DNA of 64,000 bases from Podarcis tiliguerta (taxonomy: Eukaryota). The notes below the pieces were generated by a model. That model did no database searches, was not told the origin of the DNA, and was given only the letters and a program-made list of their open reading frames with translations. Numbering within the stretch: position 1 is the first letter of the stretch; the number at the start of each line of letters is the position of its first letter. A program made the translations under genes and the position numbers. Of this stretch, positions 1-12,671 are shown one piece after another. The DNA lies in NCBI GenBank assembly GCA_965153285.1, contig OZ229112.1, one strand, 5' to 3'.

Positions 1-756
1 GACACCCACAGTTGTGGGGCCAAGCCGGCACTCTTGATGTGGCCTAAGGCCCTATGTCTGAGAAACAGGAAGCTAGCGGTTCAATTTAAAAAACAAAACA
101 GAATCTTTAATATGCTGAAACAAGCAATAACATCTCTCTTAGTAACTGTGGGAGATTTTTAGCTAATTATGGAAGAATATGTTCTGCAACAGAATAGGAT
201 CTAGTTGACGTTTTCTATTATTAATCATAGTCACAGCCATTACTTATTTAGATGAAAGAGAATACAATATAAAGTATTCAGCTGAGCAGGAAGGGAATAT
301 AGTAAGATGCACGGAACACCGTAGACTAGATTTGACTGAGCACAAACCATTTCAATAAAACAATAGGTTTGGCTAGTATAAAGATGCACAAATGTAGAAT
401 CTGTGAATACAGTGCAAACAGTGGGGGGAAATGTTATTCACATGTGTTTGTTTTTGCCTGTATCACCCTGATATGTAGCATAACTTGAATTTAGAAGCCA
501 TATGGCAGTATAAATCTTCTGGAAAACAGACCTGTGTGATGACCACACTATAATGGTCTAATGGTATAAATCTTTATAATGGTATAAATCTTTGTGTCAG
601 AAAATATGGCATCTCTCATCATTATAACAAAAATACTGTTCCCTTTTCCAGAAAATAAATCATTGCTATGAGCAGAATAACATTCATTACACATTACACA
701 CACTCCATATGAACTCCAGGGTTGGATATGGTCACTGGGCAACTAAATTGATAGTA

Positions 757-810
757 TCTTCTTCTTCTTCTTCTTCTTCTTCTTCTTCTTCTTCTTCTTC
801 TTCTTCTTCT
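757..810. repeat. (CTT)n microsatellite
   Basis: About 18 uninterrupted TCT/CTT units. Confidence 0.97.
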
Positions 811-1212
811 GGAAATCTATTCTGCTATATGAATCTTCAGGGGAAAACATTGAGTTGATATCATTGCTTCTATCATTCCCCCCCCCCCCCCCGGATAATG
901 TTCTCAGTTTGTTCCTATGCTATCCTGAAATGGGAGGGGATGAGGCAGCAATGAGATCAGGACCATGCATAGGCACTAGTAGGAGAACCAGATTGGCTCC
1001 ACCCACTGCACTTGCACCATGCCCTCCTCCCCAGTGCCTCGCCCCTCGCCCTCCCAGTAAGCAGTATTAGCTCAATTTGGAGAGGTCAGTGGAACACCAC
1101 CACCCTACTCCATGACCCATTACTGGCTAGAAATATTTAAAGCATTACCAAATCTTTCTTTCAAAATTGCTTTCCTTATTGTTATTTTAATACTCTTTCA
1201 GCAGCAAATCCT

Positions 1213-1444
1213 GGGTGGTATCCAGCAAACGTGTTCTACCAATGCAAGGATTTCCACTTGCTTGGTGGAACTTTCCCCCTTCCTCTTCCCATGTGCACCC
1301 CACACCCTCCTCAAATCTGCTCTGGAGGATTGGGGGGGAGAAGCCAGAACAGATTTAGGAGGTTATGGGGGAGAAGAGAGGAGAAGCTCTGTGGTGCAAG
1401 TGGAAATCCTTGCACTGATGGAACAAGTTAGTTGGATATCACCC
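1213..1444. mobile_element. Fold-back MITE, GGGTGG-TIR family (possibly PIF/Harbinger-like)
   Basis: Ends GGGTGGTATCCAGC / GTTGGATATCACCC are inverted. The arms pair over ~100 bp, including a perfect 19-bp TGCAAGGATTTCCACTTGC. CCT lies on both flanks. Related copies occur elsewhere in the window. Confidence 0.75.
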
Positions 1445-3771
1445 CCTGTTCCCCTCCCCTATTTATTATAGAAGCCTTAGATAAGAAAGGAAGGGGGGCT
1501 GGGAGAAGACACCCTATTGACTATAAAAAGATCTCATTCCAAAGAAAGTTTAAGAGTTGCCAATGACTACATGGACTATTTTGAAACCATAGTAGCTTGA
1601 ATGCCATAGTAATAAGGGGAAAATGATTAAAAACACAACATTATTGCTCCATCCTCTCTGAAAAGAATTATTAGTAAAGACAGGAAATGTTCAGACTAAA
1701 TGCAAACAGACTTATATCAAAGCATGCCAGAGAAGCTTCATTAGTTGGTGGTTCCTAGCTATCTAGGAGGTGGACACTTTACCATCCAGTAGTCAGAAGC
1801 AGGCCTATGGTTTCTTAATGGAAGGCTGTATAGCATGCAACAGAAATCTTCATGGCAGTAAGGATTACCTAAGCAGGGGAAACAACTTTAGCAGAAGCTA
1901 TTAGCAAGTTCTGCCTGGTTTAATTACAAGTTATACTGACCAACAGTCCTTAATTAGGCATTGTTAAAATGAATTGTCACTGCCTGGAAATATAAGATGT
2001 GGTCAGATGCTTGCCTGAACACACGAACTATCTGTGGATGGAGGCCAGCAATGTTCCCATACACATCTCCCTCCATGCTCAGACCCTTAACTGCCTCTTC
2101 AGGAGGCTTTTACTTGTGTTCACTCGAGCACAAGCAGAACCCCTGATCAACCTGGGTTCCTGATCATGCAAGTTGACCGTAAGTAGGAAAAGGCCCCACT
2201 CAACACAGGGAAGGTTGGGAACACAGCAAGTGGAGAACCAGTATGGGTACATTGGCGTAAATGTCTGAACACATTTGGTACTGATGCAATAGCACAGCCA
2301 TACTTCGCAGCCATTCATATTCTCTAGTGCAAGGATTGTAAACATTGGTGTGATGATGCCAAGCTGCAGGGGGCACTATTAATGGTCAAAAAATGCAGAA
2401 GAAATGCTCAGCACAGCCCTAATCCTGAGCTAAACAACTGTCAGTCTTCTGCAGGGATAATCCCTGGTTGTGTGCTACAGTGCTGAATCAGAGGCCCAAG
2501 AAGCTGCCATGTGGAGACGCCCCGGGGCTCTGGAAACATTCACTTACTGGAAAGGTCACTTAAAGACTGAGTATAAATAAGCAGAACTCCAAAGGCAGCT
2601 TGTAGACCGAAAGTGTGAACTGTGAGTTGCAAGCCAAATGTCCCTGGTTCAGATCTCATTTCAGCCATGCTCCTACTGGTTGTAAGGTAGGAACCAGAAG
2701 GCACAGGAACCATTTCCACAGATCATGTCTCCAAACTCAGATATCTCCAGTGTTGCCAAAGAGCCAAGATAAAGCCAGGTTGCACTTCCAGCACAAGATC
2801 TGATTTATCTAGTGTACATGGGTATCTATGTGCAAGAGGGGCACAGCCTAATATCAACCCTAGTATCTCCATTACAGCGCCACGGCTGAAAGTGATCATG
2901 GTCTGTGTCAACAGCAAAGTGATCTAGAGAATATGAATGGCTGTGAAGTATGGCTGTGCTATTGCATCAGTAGAAAAAAGGCACAATCCTCCTTTGTGTT
3001 TCTCCAAGTATGAAACAGAAATGTTGAAACTGGACCAAATGCTTATGTTGACATTGGTGGCGTAACTGGTAACTGGGGGATATGGATTGCAGGAATTCCT
3101 GATCCTAAAGCATTAGAGGAATTTGGAGGTTACTTGTGCGGTCTTTCTTCAAAAGTGAGGCATGCCTGTGCAATGCTTGTTGAGCTCCCCAGAGCTTATG
3201 CAATTTTATTTAACTTAAACAAGAGAATTCTCTCAGCTATATAGTCCTAAATGGAGCAGGGCGGGGGCAGCACATAACCCAACCGCTGACTTTAATACGC
3301 TTTGGATGAGATTGTGCATGTTTTCGTTTCTGGACCGCAGATGTCAGGACAGTGGATTTGCATAGTCAGTGGAAATTCTCACACTATCTGTGCTCACGTT
3401 CGGTTAAGATTGGAAAGACAAAGTAAGATATTATGGTCTTAGGGAATTTAGAAATTGGTGGGGTGTGTGATGCACTTACTGGCATAAGAAAGTAAGTTAG
3501 TTCATCAAACAGGAACAATGTTCACCAATCACAGACCCTCTTAAAAAAACATTTGAAGTTTATATATAAGAATATATTCCATTTTGGGCCTCATGATATG
3601 TATTAAAGTAATGCAGCCTGAATCAGATGTGAATGAGTGCAGGTGGGCTAAATGAATGATCACAGGTTGATCAGCATCTGGAGGACAACAGGTTCCCTAG
3701 CCCTGCCATAAAGCAAGTCACCAGCTATTCATTTCTATTAGGCAAAATGAAAATATGCCTATGTAACTAAC

Positions 3772-3860
3772 AGGGCAATCCCAAGCATGTTTACTCAGAG
3801 GAGCACCCATTTGATCCAATGGAACTTACTCTTTAGTAAGCATGTTTAGGACTGTAGACC
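3772..3860. mobile_element. ~90-bp palindromic mini-element (GGCTGCAATCCTA...TAGGATTGCAGCC type)
   Basis: Imperfect palindrome. Similar diverged copies near 41115-41205, 47580-47660 and 60834-60918. Confidence 0.55.
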
Positions 3861-4084
3861 AATAGTGTAATCTCATGCATGTTTTCACAGAAATAAGTCC
3901 TGTTGTTTTGCAGTGGAGGTCCTTTCCAGAGAAATGGGCATAGGATTCCTGCTTTAGCCAATTTATTAAACCAGTCAACTGTATCTATCCTAATTCTGTC
4001 CAGCCCTTGATGAATATAGATAAGCCTGTCTAATTTTATCAAATTTCCACATCGGATTAGAAATCTGGGGCAAGCGTTTAAGAA

Positions 4085-4716
4085 AGATAGGATATGAAGG
4101 TTTGGGGAACAAATATCACAACTGGAGAGAGATCTGTCAGAATGTAATTTAAAAGTGCTGTCTAAAATGTATAAGATATTATTGGAATGGGAGACAAAGG
4201 ATGAGCAAGTAAAATCCTCAGTGATACATTGGGCGATAGATATTGGTCATAAAATAGATATGGAAGCATGGGAACAATTGTGGAATATGGATATAAAATT
4301 TATAGCATGCTATGGTCCAAGAGAAAATTATATGAAAATGATATATCGATGGTACCTGAGTAACACTGAGCTAACACTGAGTAAATTGGCAAAAATGTCT
4401 AAATCTAAATCAAATAAGTGTTGGAAATGTAAAGAGAAATAAGGTTCTTTTTATCTTATATGGTGGTCTTGTAGTAAGGTTAAAGCTTACTGGGAAATGA
4501 TATATAATGAATTGAAAAAGATGTTTAAAATAATGTTTGTAAAAAAAAAACAAAAACCCAAAAAACCCCAGAAGCCTTCCTTTTGGGAATTATATGGACA
4601 GAACTACCTAAACTGTATAGAAATTAATTCATATATGTGACTACAGCGGCAAGAATGTTTCCCAAAAATGGAAAGAAGAAGTCCCAGTGAAAGAAGAATG
4701 GATACAAAAACTTATG
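4085..4716 (+). mobile_element. L1-clade LINE ORF2 C-terminal fragment (decayed)
   Basis: Translation ...RENYMKMIYRWYL...NKCWKCKEK*GSFYLIWWSC...PEAFLLG resembles the region ending in the CCHC zinc knuckle of non-mammalian L1 ORF2. In-frame stop near 4440 and frameshifts. A-rich sense strand. Confidence 0.85.
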
Positions 4717-4719
4717 AGG

Positions 4720-4876
4720 CTGCAACAGAAATGTTGGAGAAATGTGTAGCAAAATTCAGAGAAGTGCAAATTTCAAATGATGGCTGTGTTTGGTTCACAT
4801 ATAAATTTTGAAAGTGCAGATTAGGTAGTTTTGCCTTTAAATAAGAACTGAATTGAATTTCTTCCCCATTTGTAGT
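4720..4876 (+). mobile_element. Fragment (right end) of TAGGGATG-TIR hAT-like element
   Basis: Similar to 54790-54906, 13840-13946 and 33400-33510. Confidence 0.6.
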
Positions 4877-6004
4877 GGAGGTCCAATGCAACACAGTTCT
4901 TTCTCCCAAATTCAAGTATGTGTTTGTGAAGAAACATGAATCAAGCCTGGTCCTTCACACAGAGGACTAAATGCCTTATATGTGTGCATTCTCCCTTCAG
5001 CACAGAACACCAGTCCTCAGCTGAGTGAGTGCATGAACCAGCCCATATATCAACCTGAGGATGATAAGGCAAACCAATCTGAGAACATGGTACCATAAAT
5101 AATACGTCTGTATGGCTAAGCTTGAATAAGACTGTGGTCATCAAGCAGTCATTCTGGGCATAATTATTTTTATGCATGGGCAACACCAAAAAATGTACTC
5201 TCTCTTTGCTCTTGATAATGGACAATGTCTTATTTATGCAGGTGCAAAGGGGTATGAATGTGTATGCTGACTTACATAAACGCAAGTCTCTTACTTGGAA
5301 ATCATACGAGAAACTCCTCTGTTTTTTCTAACTAGCCTGCAAGGCCCGGTCATAGGGTCAACATATGGAATTGATTTGAAACATTATTCAAATGAGAGTG
5401 CAGTGCCACTGGTTTCTTACTTTCTCCCAGCTAAGTAGTAAAACATTACTGGCACAATCCTCCAGGAACTTCTCCATTTCAGGTCCCATTGAAGCAAACG
5501 AAGCTACAATAACATAAGTCAGCAACTTATGCCTTCCTTGTTATATCTAGATAATCGGGGTTGCTTTTCTCTTAAAATCACCTTAGTTACACACACACAC
5601 ACTTTACAATATACATTTCTGAAATCTCTCTTCAGTTATATTCAGTTTTACTGTTTCAGCTGTTATTTGGAATTGCAAACTGATAAAAAAGTGCTCATGG
5701 TCTTACAAAGTTCCATGGGGAGCAGAAAATGACCCGGAGGATACAGAAATTGCATTATTAACTAATTTAAAACCCAGAATTCTAATATAAAATCCAACTA
5801 TTTGCAAGCCTTGACAATCAGCTGATCACTGGTGGTTGCAAAGTGTGTGGTGCTTAGAAACCCCAACAATCAGCTGATTGTCATATTGTCCCTCTGGCTA
5901 AATCCAGTTCCGTATACCTGGCTCAACTGGTCACTCCATTTACTTTTAGTGTTTATTTATTTTTACATTGTTGACCTATATTTCATACATGGGGCTGAAA
6001 TGGC

Positions 6005-6450
6005 ATGCAGAAGTTTCCAAACCATCTTCAGAGGCCGCTCCATGTACAACATATTGTTGTAATCTAACCTAGAAGTTGCCAGAGCAAAGATGATAGAAGT
6101 TAGGCTATCGCAGACAGGGATGCAGCTGGGCCACCAACCAAAGCTGATGGAAGGCACTCGGCGCCGCTGAGGCCACCTCAAGCAACAACAAAGATTTCAG
6201 AAGTACGCCCCAAGCTATGTACCAGCTATGTACAGTGTAACTGTAACCTGATCAATAGGCCACCCTCCCATCCATCAGTTTAGGAAACCACCCACTAACA
6301 GTGCCTCAGTCTTATCAGGAGAGAGCTTCAGTTAATTGGCTCTCATCCAGTCCATTACCAAGACAAGACAATGGTCCAAAACATCCACTGCAGATTTCTA
6401 AAGGAAAAGTAGTGTCACCAGCATATTGCTGAAAATGTACTCCAAAATTG
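6005..6450 (-). mobile_element. L2-clade LINE reverse transcriptase fragment (decayed)
   Basis: Minus strand gives FGVHFQQYAGDT (decayed YADD motif), WMRAN...PDKTEALL, SAFHQLWLV and ATSRLDYNNMLYM..PLKMVWKL, in the order expected for L2 ORF2. Confidence 0.85.
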
Positions 6451-7617
6451 AGGGTGGCCATGGCTGTGGCACGGAAGCCTGTTAGAGGTCCCAAGCCCAG
6501 AGAAGCATTGAGATAGATGAAATATCAGTTTTGATAAAATAGCCTAAAAATGGAATATGAACAGAAGCCACAATGATTTCATAACAGCCACACACTTATG
6601 TCCTGGCTGATGGAATGTTTACATCACCCCAGGGGATGCTGGGATCTTAGATTCTTTGACAAATGCTGGGAATGTTTGACTCATAAAATAGCCATAGTGA
6701 TCTTAGCACATAATAGGCACCACTGCTTTTACAGTGTTTTTTTTTTCTTTTGAAAAATGCCATTTCCTGCATTTTATACACAAATGAGCTGAAAGAGGGA
6801 AAGCCATCCAGAAAATGCATGGCGGAACAAAATATTTTCTCCTCCAGGCCGCTCTCCCACCTCATCCCAAGCACTGCAGTTTGCCAACAGGATTTAAAAC
6901 TGGAAAGGAGAGATAATCAGATCAAGCTTTCAGAAAAATCAGGATCCAGATATGAGTTGTGTACATCACAATAAGTTGTTTGGCACCTACTGATTATGCT
7001 ATGGCTGAATGGCGAAAGTCCCTTTCTCCTATTTTGGCCAGCATTTCTGTGGTTCTGCTGAATTAAGCTGAAGATGTAGCCTTCATTATAACATTATTTT
7101 ACTATGCCTGATTAAATAAAATAAAAAATTCCTCGGTTCCCAGTGTAATTATGCTATGAACTATGGAGTGCTTGAGTTGTTCTCCTGAAGATAAACAGAC
7201 CAAGGAAGTGGTTGCAATGATATCCTTCCACAGTTGCTGCAACCATGTGAAAGGTTTCCAAATAAATCCTCTCCATATACTCAATTATCCCATTCACTGA
7301 TTTCTGAAGTCATGAAGTTCCCACTGCACTGGGCTCATTTATCAGGTGAAATGAGGCAAAGAAATCAGGTCACTGAATGTCCACACTGCCTTGAGAGCTA
7401 CTCAACCATTTAACCCACAGCCCCAGATTACTTTAGACTTTCTCTGCACACAAATCACCTTTCATCAGTTGTCACTCATTGACAATGAGCAATACTATGC
7501 ATACTTGTGTTTAGCATCAGTTTAGCATCATCATCAGAACAAGGACAGTATATGCTCCTTGGCTATCAGAAACAAGTAACCAAGCCCCACCAGCTCACTG
7601 GAAGATATTGGGACTAA

Positions 7618-7883
7618 GGACTTATACACACTTCCATTTGTCCTGTGATGATTTCTAAGCATGGGACTGTGAGGTTTTTTATTTTGCCCAGTCGCTTTCC
7701 CAGGGAAAACCCACTGTTTACTGCTGAATCAGAACAAATGTCGGTCTCCTGAAAACTTTATTGACATTTGTTCCGATTCAGCAGTAAACAGTAGGTTTTC
7801 CCAGGGAAAGTGGTGGGACAAAGGAAAAATCTCTCAGACCTGTGCCTAGAAATCATGAGCCAAGCAGAAATGTGGTTGAGCCC
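7618..7883. mobile_element. PIF/Harbinger-like fold-back MITE with TAA TSD
   Basis: TAA at 7615-7617 and 7884-7886. Imperfect terminal inverted repeats. Inner arms 7703-7742 and 7763-7802 are complementary at 38/40 positions. Confidence 0.8.
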
Positions 7884-8099
7884 TAAGTCCTGGGAGTGCC
7901 TCTGGGCACATACAAAGTGCACTTCTTACATCAATGAGAAGGTAAGCATAGTCACTCTCTACACACCTGAGACTGAGGAATGGGTGCTTATGGGTGAAAG
8001 GTTGATGATGATGATGATGATGATGATGATGCAGTACAGTGCAGTACCTATCATTTGCTTTGTGGCAACAACAACAACAACAATTTATACCCCGCCCAT

Positions 8100-8164
8100 C
8101 TGCATTGCAAGAGGCTGGACTAGATGACCCTCATGGTCCCTTCCAACTCTACAATTCTATGATT
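8100..8164 (+). mobile_element. 3' end of tRNA-Lys/CR1-tail SINE or CR1 LINE
   Basis: GGACTAGATGACCCTCATGGTCCCTTCCAACTCTACAATTCTATGATT is a CR1-type 3' terminus. Confidence 0.75.
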
Positions 8165-8934
8165 TTAAAACAAATCTACCCATAACATTATCACTAGTAT
8201 GCTGCATTAATGGTTGCTTCGCATATTGGGAGAGAAGAGATGATGATCATGTTAGCAGCTGTGATGTTTTTGCACGCTAACCAAAAATGCCAAAACCAGT
8301 CACAAATTACATGGTAGATGATTTGAAAATTGCCATCCAACTGCCAAGTATTAATGATATGTCAAACAAACATCAGGTCATCTTTCATGAGAGACTTCTT
8401 GCCTGGATGAAGACATATGCATGCTTTTCATTAAAAAGAATGTCCTTTTTTTTAAAAAAAAAAGTACTGTCCCACCCACTGCTTTGCAATTATACAAAGT
8501 GTAGCTGATGGATTAGACTATGATCCTGAAGATATTTAATCCCACTGGTTTTTATGGTGAATGCTCTATTTATATTAGTAGAGTTATGATTACTACTCTT
8601 ACAGCATCTATCTTTAACAACAATCCTGTAAGGTAGAGGAGATCGTTATTATTATTTCTTCAAGTATAGAACTAATGCCTGAAGCACAAGAGCAAACTGT
8701 GGCATGGCATGCCGTTAAAATGTCATGGGGCGCAAATGGCAATCCTAAAATTAAACCTGCTGGCTTAAAAAAATCAATATATACTGTAGCTACATGCCTG
8801 AGGCCCAACCTTAAATAACCAGTTTGCAAGTTTGCAAGCTCAGAGAACAGAACCCGGTCCTAATTACCAACTATCACAACTCAGCTAAGCTGTTGGGATC
8901 TTTACACATTTGGACCTCTTGTAAATCCCTGGAA

Positions 8935-9092
8935 GTTGCCTTCTACAGAGTCAGCCAATGGGCCCATCTAGCTCAGTTGTGCATGCACTGGCTGGCAGAG
9001 GGTCTCCAGGGTTACAGCTAGAGTTCTCTCCCAGTCCTACCTGGAGATGCCATAGGTTGAATATGGCTTTCTGGATACAAAGCAGATACTCT
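8935..9092 (-). mobile_element. Old tRNA-headed squamate SINE (decayed copy)
   Basis: Shares body and tail (CTGAGCTAGATGGGCC...CTGACTC...AAGGCAAC) with about 10 other copies in the window. Confidence 0.7.
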
Positions 9093-9593
9093 GATCACAA
9101 TAAACGAGGAATCTATAAACAAAAAAAGATATGCAAAACACTAGATGGGAACATCAATGAGGTAAGATCCTTAAGATGGCAACCCCTGGGGTAGGGTGTC
9201 TGTACACTCATATGTCTCCAGTCCTGGGGAAGAGCCATAGATCAGTGGTCCCAGGGATGGAGACCAGCTGATAACGCAGTGTAGGCCAAGGGGGAGGAGG
9301 CTGGTCCCAGAAGTGACCACATTGGGTGGGGCTGGCCATCCGGCAATCACCTGGTGTCATACAGCAACAGGTGACTGAAAATTCAAGTCATGACTGCCCC
9401 CCCCCCAATCTTCCTTTGCAGCTGTGGCTTAAACTGAGTACATTTTTAATTTCTGTCGCCATTCAGGGCAACACAAAAAAGGCACCAAATTTAAAAAACG
9501 CTGAAATCAAGACATGTCTGCACAGGAAAAAATTAGGACTGCACTTAGAGTACCCTCTTGATTTTTCTTCAGACAGGTCTTGAATTCCTTTTT

Positions 9594-9730
9594 GAATCAT
9601 AGAGTTAGAAGGTCCTATGAGTGCCATCTAGTCCAACCCCCTGCAATGCAGGAATCTTTTGCCCAACATGGGATTTGAACCCACGACCCTGAGATTAAGA
9701 GTCTCATTCTCTACTGACTGAGCTATCCCA
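9594..9730 (-). mobile_element. tRNA-Lys(CTT)-derived SINE with CR1 3' tail
   Basis: Minus strand GGGATAGCTCAGTCAGTAGAGAATGAGACTCTTAATCTCAGGGTCGTGGGTTCAAATCCCATGTTGGGC closely follows vertebrate tRNA-Lys-CTT and runs into GGACTAGATG...CTCTATGATTC. Confidence 0.9.
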
Positions 9731-9799
9731 TGACCCACAGGTTGGGAAATGTTGCTCTGCATTGATTAGCCATGACTCTCTAGGAATTCAGTCAGGAGT

Positions 9800-9897
9800 C
9801 TTCTCTATCCCTATCTGGAGTGGCTGGGAATAGAACCTGACACCTTTTCCATGCACAGCCTGTGCTCTACCACTGAGCTCGATAATGGGCCTTTCCC
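9800..9897 (-). mobile_element. tRNA-headed squamate SINE, 5' part
   Basis: Minus strand AGCTCAGTGGTAGAGCAC...GGTTCTATTCCC has Pol III A/B-box-like motifs followed by the family body. Confidence 0.7.
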
Positions 9898-10621
9898 AGC
9901 TAAAGGCAAGCGCCACTGATGCATATGTAAAGCCTTCTGTGTGGTCACAGCACGACTGAGTGATTTTATTCCAGTGAGTGGAGAGTATTTGTAGTGTCTT
10001 TGGCTTCTCAGCGAATTCAAAATATCTTGCTTGAGCAGCTATCTGTTTATTTAATCGTTTGCCACACAGCATGCTCTGACATCACACGCGACAATTCATC
10101 CATCTCAACCCCCAAAATTGCAAATAGCCGTTCCTTTTCAGACATCATCTCTGTGGAATTAACTACCCCTGACATAAAATCCATTCTTTTTCCTGCCGTC
10201 AGCTTTAAAGAGTAAACATGCTGCATTTTCAAAGCCATGTTTGTTTTTATCCCCCACATTAAAATAAAGATCAGCTTCTGTCCTTAGTTACACTCACCAA
10301 ACCGCGTATGCCTCAGTGGTGTTAGGTGGCTGCAACCAAGAACGGAATTTTAGCCACTATGTTTGCTTTTTATTGGAATATACATGAGATAACACTGCCT
10401 TCTCGTTTCTTATAATCCCACAGGGAACTCTGGAAAAATCAGATGCTGAATATTAAGAGGTTCTTCCCTTGTGAAATATTCTAAAAATGTAAGATTATAA
10501 TATTTTGTTTTTCAGACCCAGTTAGCTGATGAACTTCACTTAGCTGCCTTAGATGGGCTGATGCTTTGTGAAAGCTACTATTGCTACTGGCTCTCATTCC
10601 AGGAAAGATTGGTGCTTCGCT

Positions 10622-10860
10622 CCTGTGACACATGCACTGGTAACCTCATGTCTTGACTACTGTCATGTGCTGTCTGTGGGGCTTCCTTATGGTCAGTTTA
10701 GAGACTGCAGTGGATGCAGAGTCCCACGGCAGTGGTGGTGAATGATGCCTTTTACTGGGCGCATATCATGGCCATGCTAAGGGATTTGCACTGGCAGCCT
10801 ATTAGCCTCTGATTCAGTTTTAATGTATTGTTACTTACTAAGCTCTTAGCAACTCTGAAG
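10622..10860 (+). mobile_element. L2-clade LINE fragment (decayed)
   Basis: Encodes VTHALVTSCLDYCHVLSVGLP and later DLHWQPI, matching L2 ORF2 motifs (TSRLDYCN, LHWLP). Confidence 0.75.
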
Positions 10861-10934
10861 GAGGTTGCGTGAAATGCCAGCTTTCCCTCCGTTGCCTGTT
10901 AAGAACAATAAGATCCATGACTAGAACCTAGCTA

Positions 10935-11018
10935 GTTTGGAAATGTGGACAACTGAATTTAAGAGTGGAAAAATGAGAAACCATGGGAGCCTGAAATAAA
11001 CAGATTCATTTGTTCCTA
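10935..11018 (-). mobile_element. Left-end fragment of TAGGGATG-type hAT-like element
   Basis: Reverse complement resembles 54028-54115 (TTTCTCATTTTTCCA.TCTTAAATTCAGTT). Confidence 0.6.
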
Positions 11019-11535
11019 GTGGTAGAGCATCTGTTTATTTTTATACATAAGGTCTCAGGTTTAATCTCTAGTGTGTCTACATAGGTAAAGGTAAAGGGAC
11101 CCCTGACCATTAGGTCCAGTCGTGGCCGACTCTGGGGTTGCGGCGCTCATCTCGCTTTACTGGCCGAGGGAGCCGGCATACAGCTTGTGGGTCATGTGGC
11201 CAGCATGACTAAGCCGCTTCTGGTGAACCAGAGCAGCACACAGAAACGCCGTTTACCTTCCCTCTGGAGTGATACCTATTTATCTACTTGCACTTTGACG
11301 TGGCAGGAGCAGGGACCGAGCAACGGGAGCTCACCCCATTGCGGGGATTCAAACTGCCGACCTTCTGATCAGCAAGTCCTAGGCTCTGTGGTTTAACCCA
11401 CAGTGCCACCCGCGTCCCACCCATGTTTACATAGGGCTGAATAAAACCCTGGATAGCTGCTGATAGTCATTCAAGGCAATACTGAGCTTCATGGGCCCAT
11501 GATGTGACTTAGTATAAGACAGTTCCTATCTTCCT
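11015..11535 (+). mobile_element. tRNA-headed squamate SINE interrupted by a Sauria SINE
   Basis: Head AGTGGTAGAGCATCTG at ~11018. The body resumes at ~11425 and ends ...GACTTAGTATAAGACAGTTCCTATCTTCCT. Confidence 0.7.
11083..11418 (-). mobile_element. Sauria SINE, near full length
   Basis: Minus strand starts GGGACGCGGGTGGCACTGTGGG and ends in an ACCTTT-type tail. Near-TSD TGTCTACATAGG / TGTTTACATAGG. Confidence 0.93.
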
Positions 11536-12639
11536 TGGTTCACTGGTGGGAGGCAGGAAGAGGTGATTTTCAGTGATTCCTGGCTTCAGTCTAATTTAGC
11601 CCATGAATATCTGCTCTAGAGCATCATGGGATCTTTCAATGTGGGAGGTGGCATGGGGGGGTGCCTCAGAGACATTGGTGAAAATGACCTCTTCTCTTCC
11701 ACCAGTGGTAGCACCTGCTGGATCAGAGCCTTTGAATTTGCCGGAGGGCAACTCAGAATCCAAGCCATTGCTATCAACAATATGGTGATAGAAATGTTTC
11801 TCCTCCTCTTCTGCTATTAGATATGTGGGTCACCAGTGACACTGACAGGATGTAGATGCAAGGCAGACAAAATTGAGTGCAGAGTCACCAAGGGCATAAA
11901 GCCTAAGATATGGTGATGGTCCTTGGCTTTAAAAAATGGACAGCGGAAACACGTCTGTCAGAAGTTGCAGCAAATGGGGTCAGATCGGAGAATAAGCAAA
12001 TGGGGAGAGTTTACTGACTTCCCACTTAGTCTTGTAGATCAGGCTTCCCAAATTCATATAAGAAATGTGTGCAGTTCAGAGTATTCACAGAGCTCAAGCT
12101 CTGGATTTGAGGAAACGACTTGCCCAGGGCCACCCAATATGCCCCATTGCTGGGTTATTATTTGAATCCATGTCTCCCAGGGGTAAATCCAGTCTTCAGC
12201 CCAGTAGACCACACTGGCTATCAAAACATCCTCCATCTCATGAAAAAGCCCATTTGCTTCCTGCCTCAAACACTTCTAAAACATTAACTTGAAGTGTAAA
12301 CTTCCCTGCTTTTCATTTCCTTGGGGGTGACAGGAGAGAGGCAGACTAATTGCAAAATCTGTAGAGCTTGTCTGAAGTTTTTAGCCTAACTCTGGTCAGG
12401 CCCCAGCTGTGAGGCTAATGAAAATAATTCAAATTGTACCCAAACAAGAGCAATTTATAACATGGAAATTCTAGACAGACAGCTTTATAAAGCCTTGGGA
12501 ATTAGTTTGGTGATAAATCTCCATGAGAGGGAACAAAAAACTCCCAATGGCTTCCAAGAAGGTAAATTCTAACTCTTAAGCAACAGTGTGGGCTTTGCTG
12601 CCTTTCTGTGTGTTTATATACACATGTACATATATAGCG

Positions 12640-12671
<32 letters not shown>

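Noticed and set aside
548-600. Short tandem duplications (also about 31755-31797) as arrays
   Set aside because: Only two units each; ordinary slippage duplications, not CRISPR-like or satellite arrays.
2103-2184. Possible exon (CTCTTCAG acceptor ... GTAAGT donor)
   Set aside because: The open frame gives no recognisable peptide and has no partner exons; such pseudo-exons are common.
4155-4442. 95-aa ORF as a host gene
   Set aside because: L1 ORF2 remnant with an in-frame stop inside the zinc knuckle.
9660-9730. tRNA-Lys(CTT) gene
   Set aside because: It has stem mismatches and runs directly into a CR1-type tail, with a second such copy at 44501. It is a SINE head.
9994-10259. Overlapping plus and minus ORFs as an exon
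   Set aside because: No recognisable protein, weak splice signals, and lengths expected by chance.
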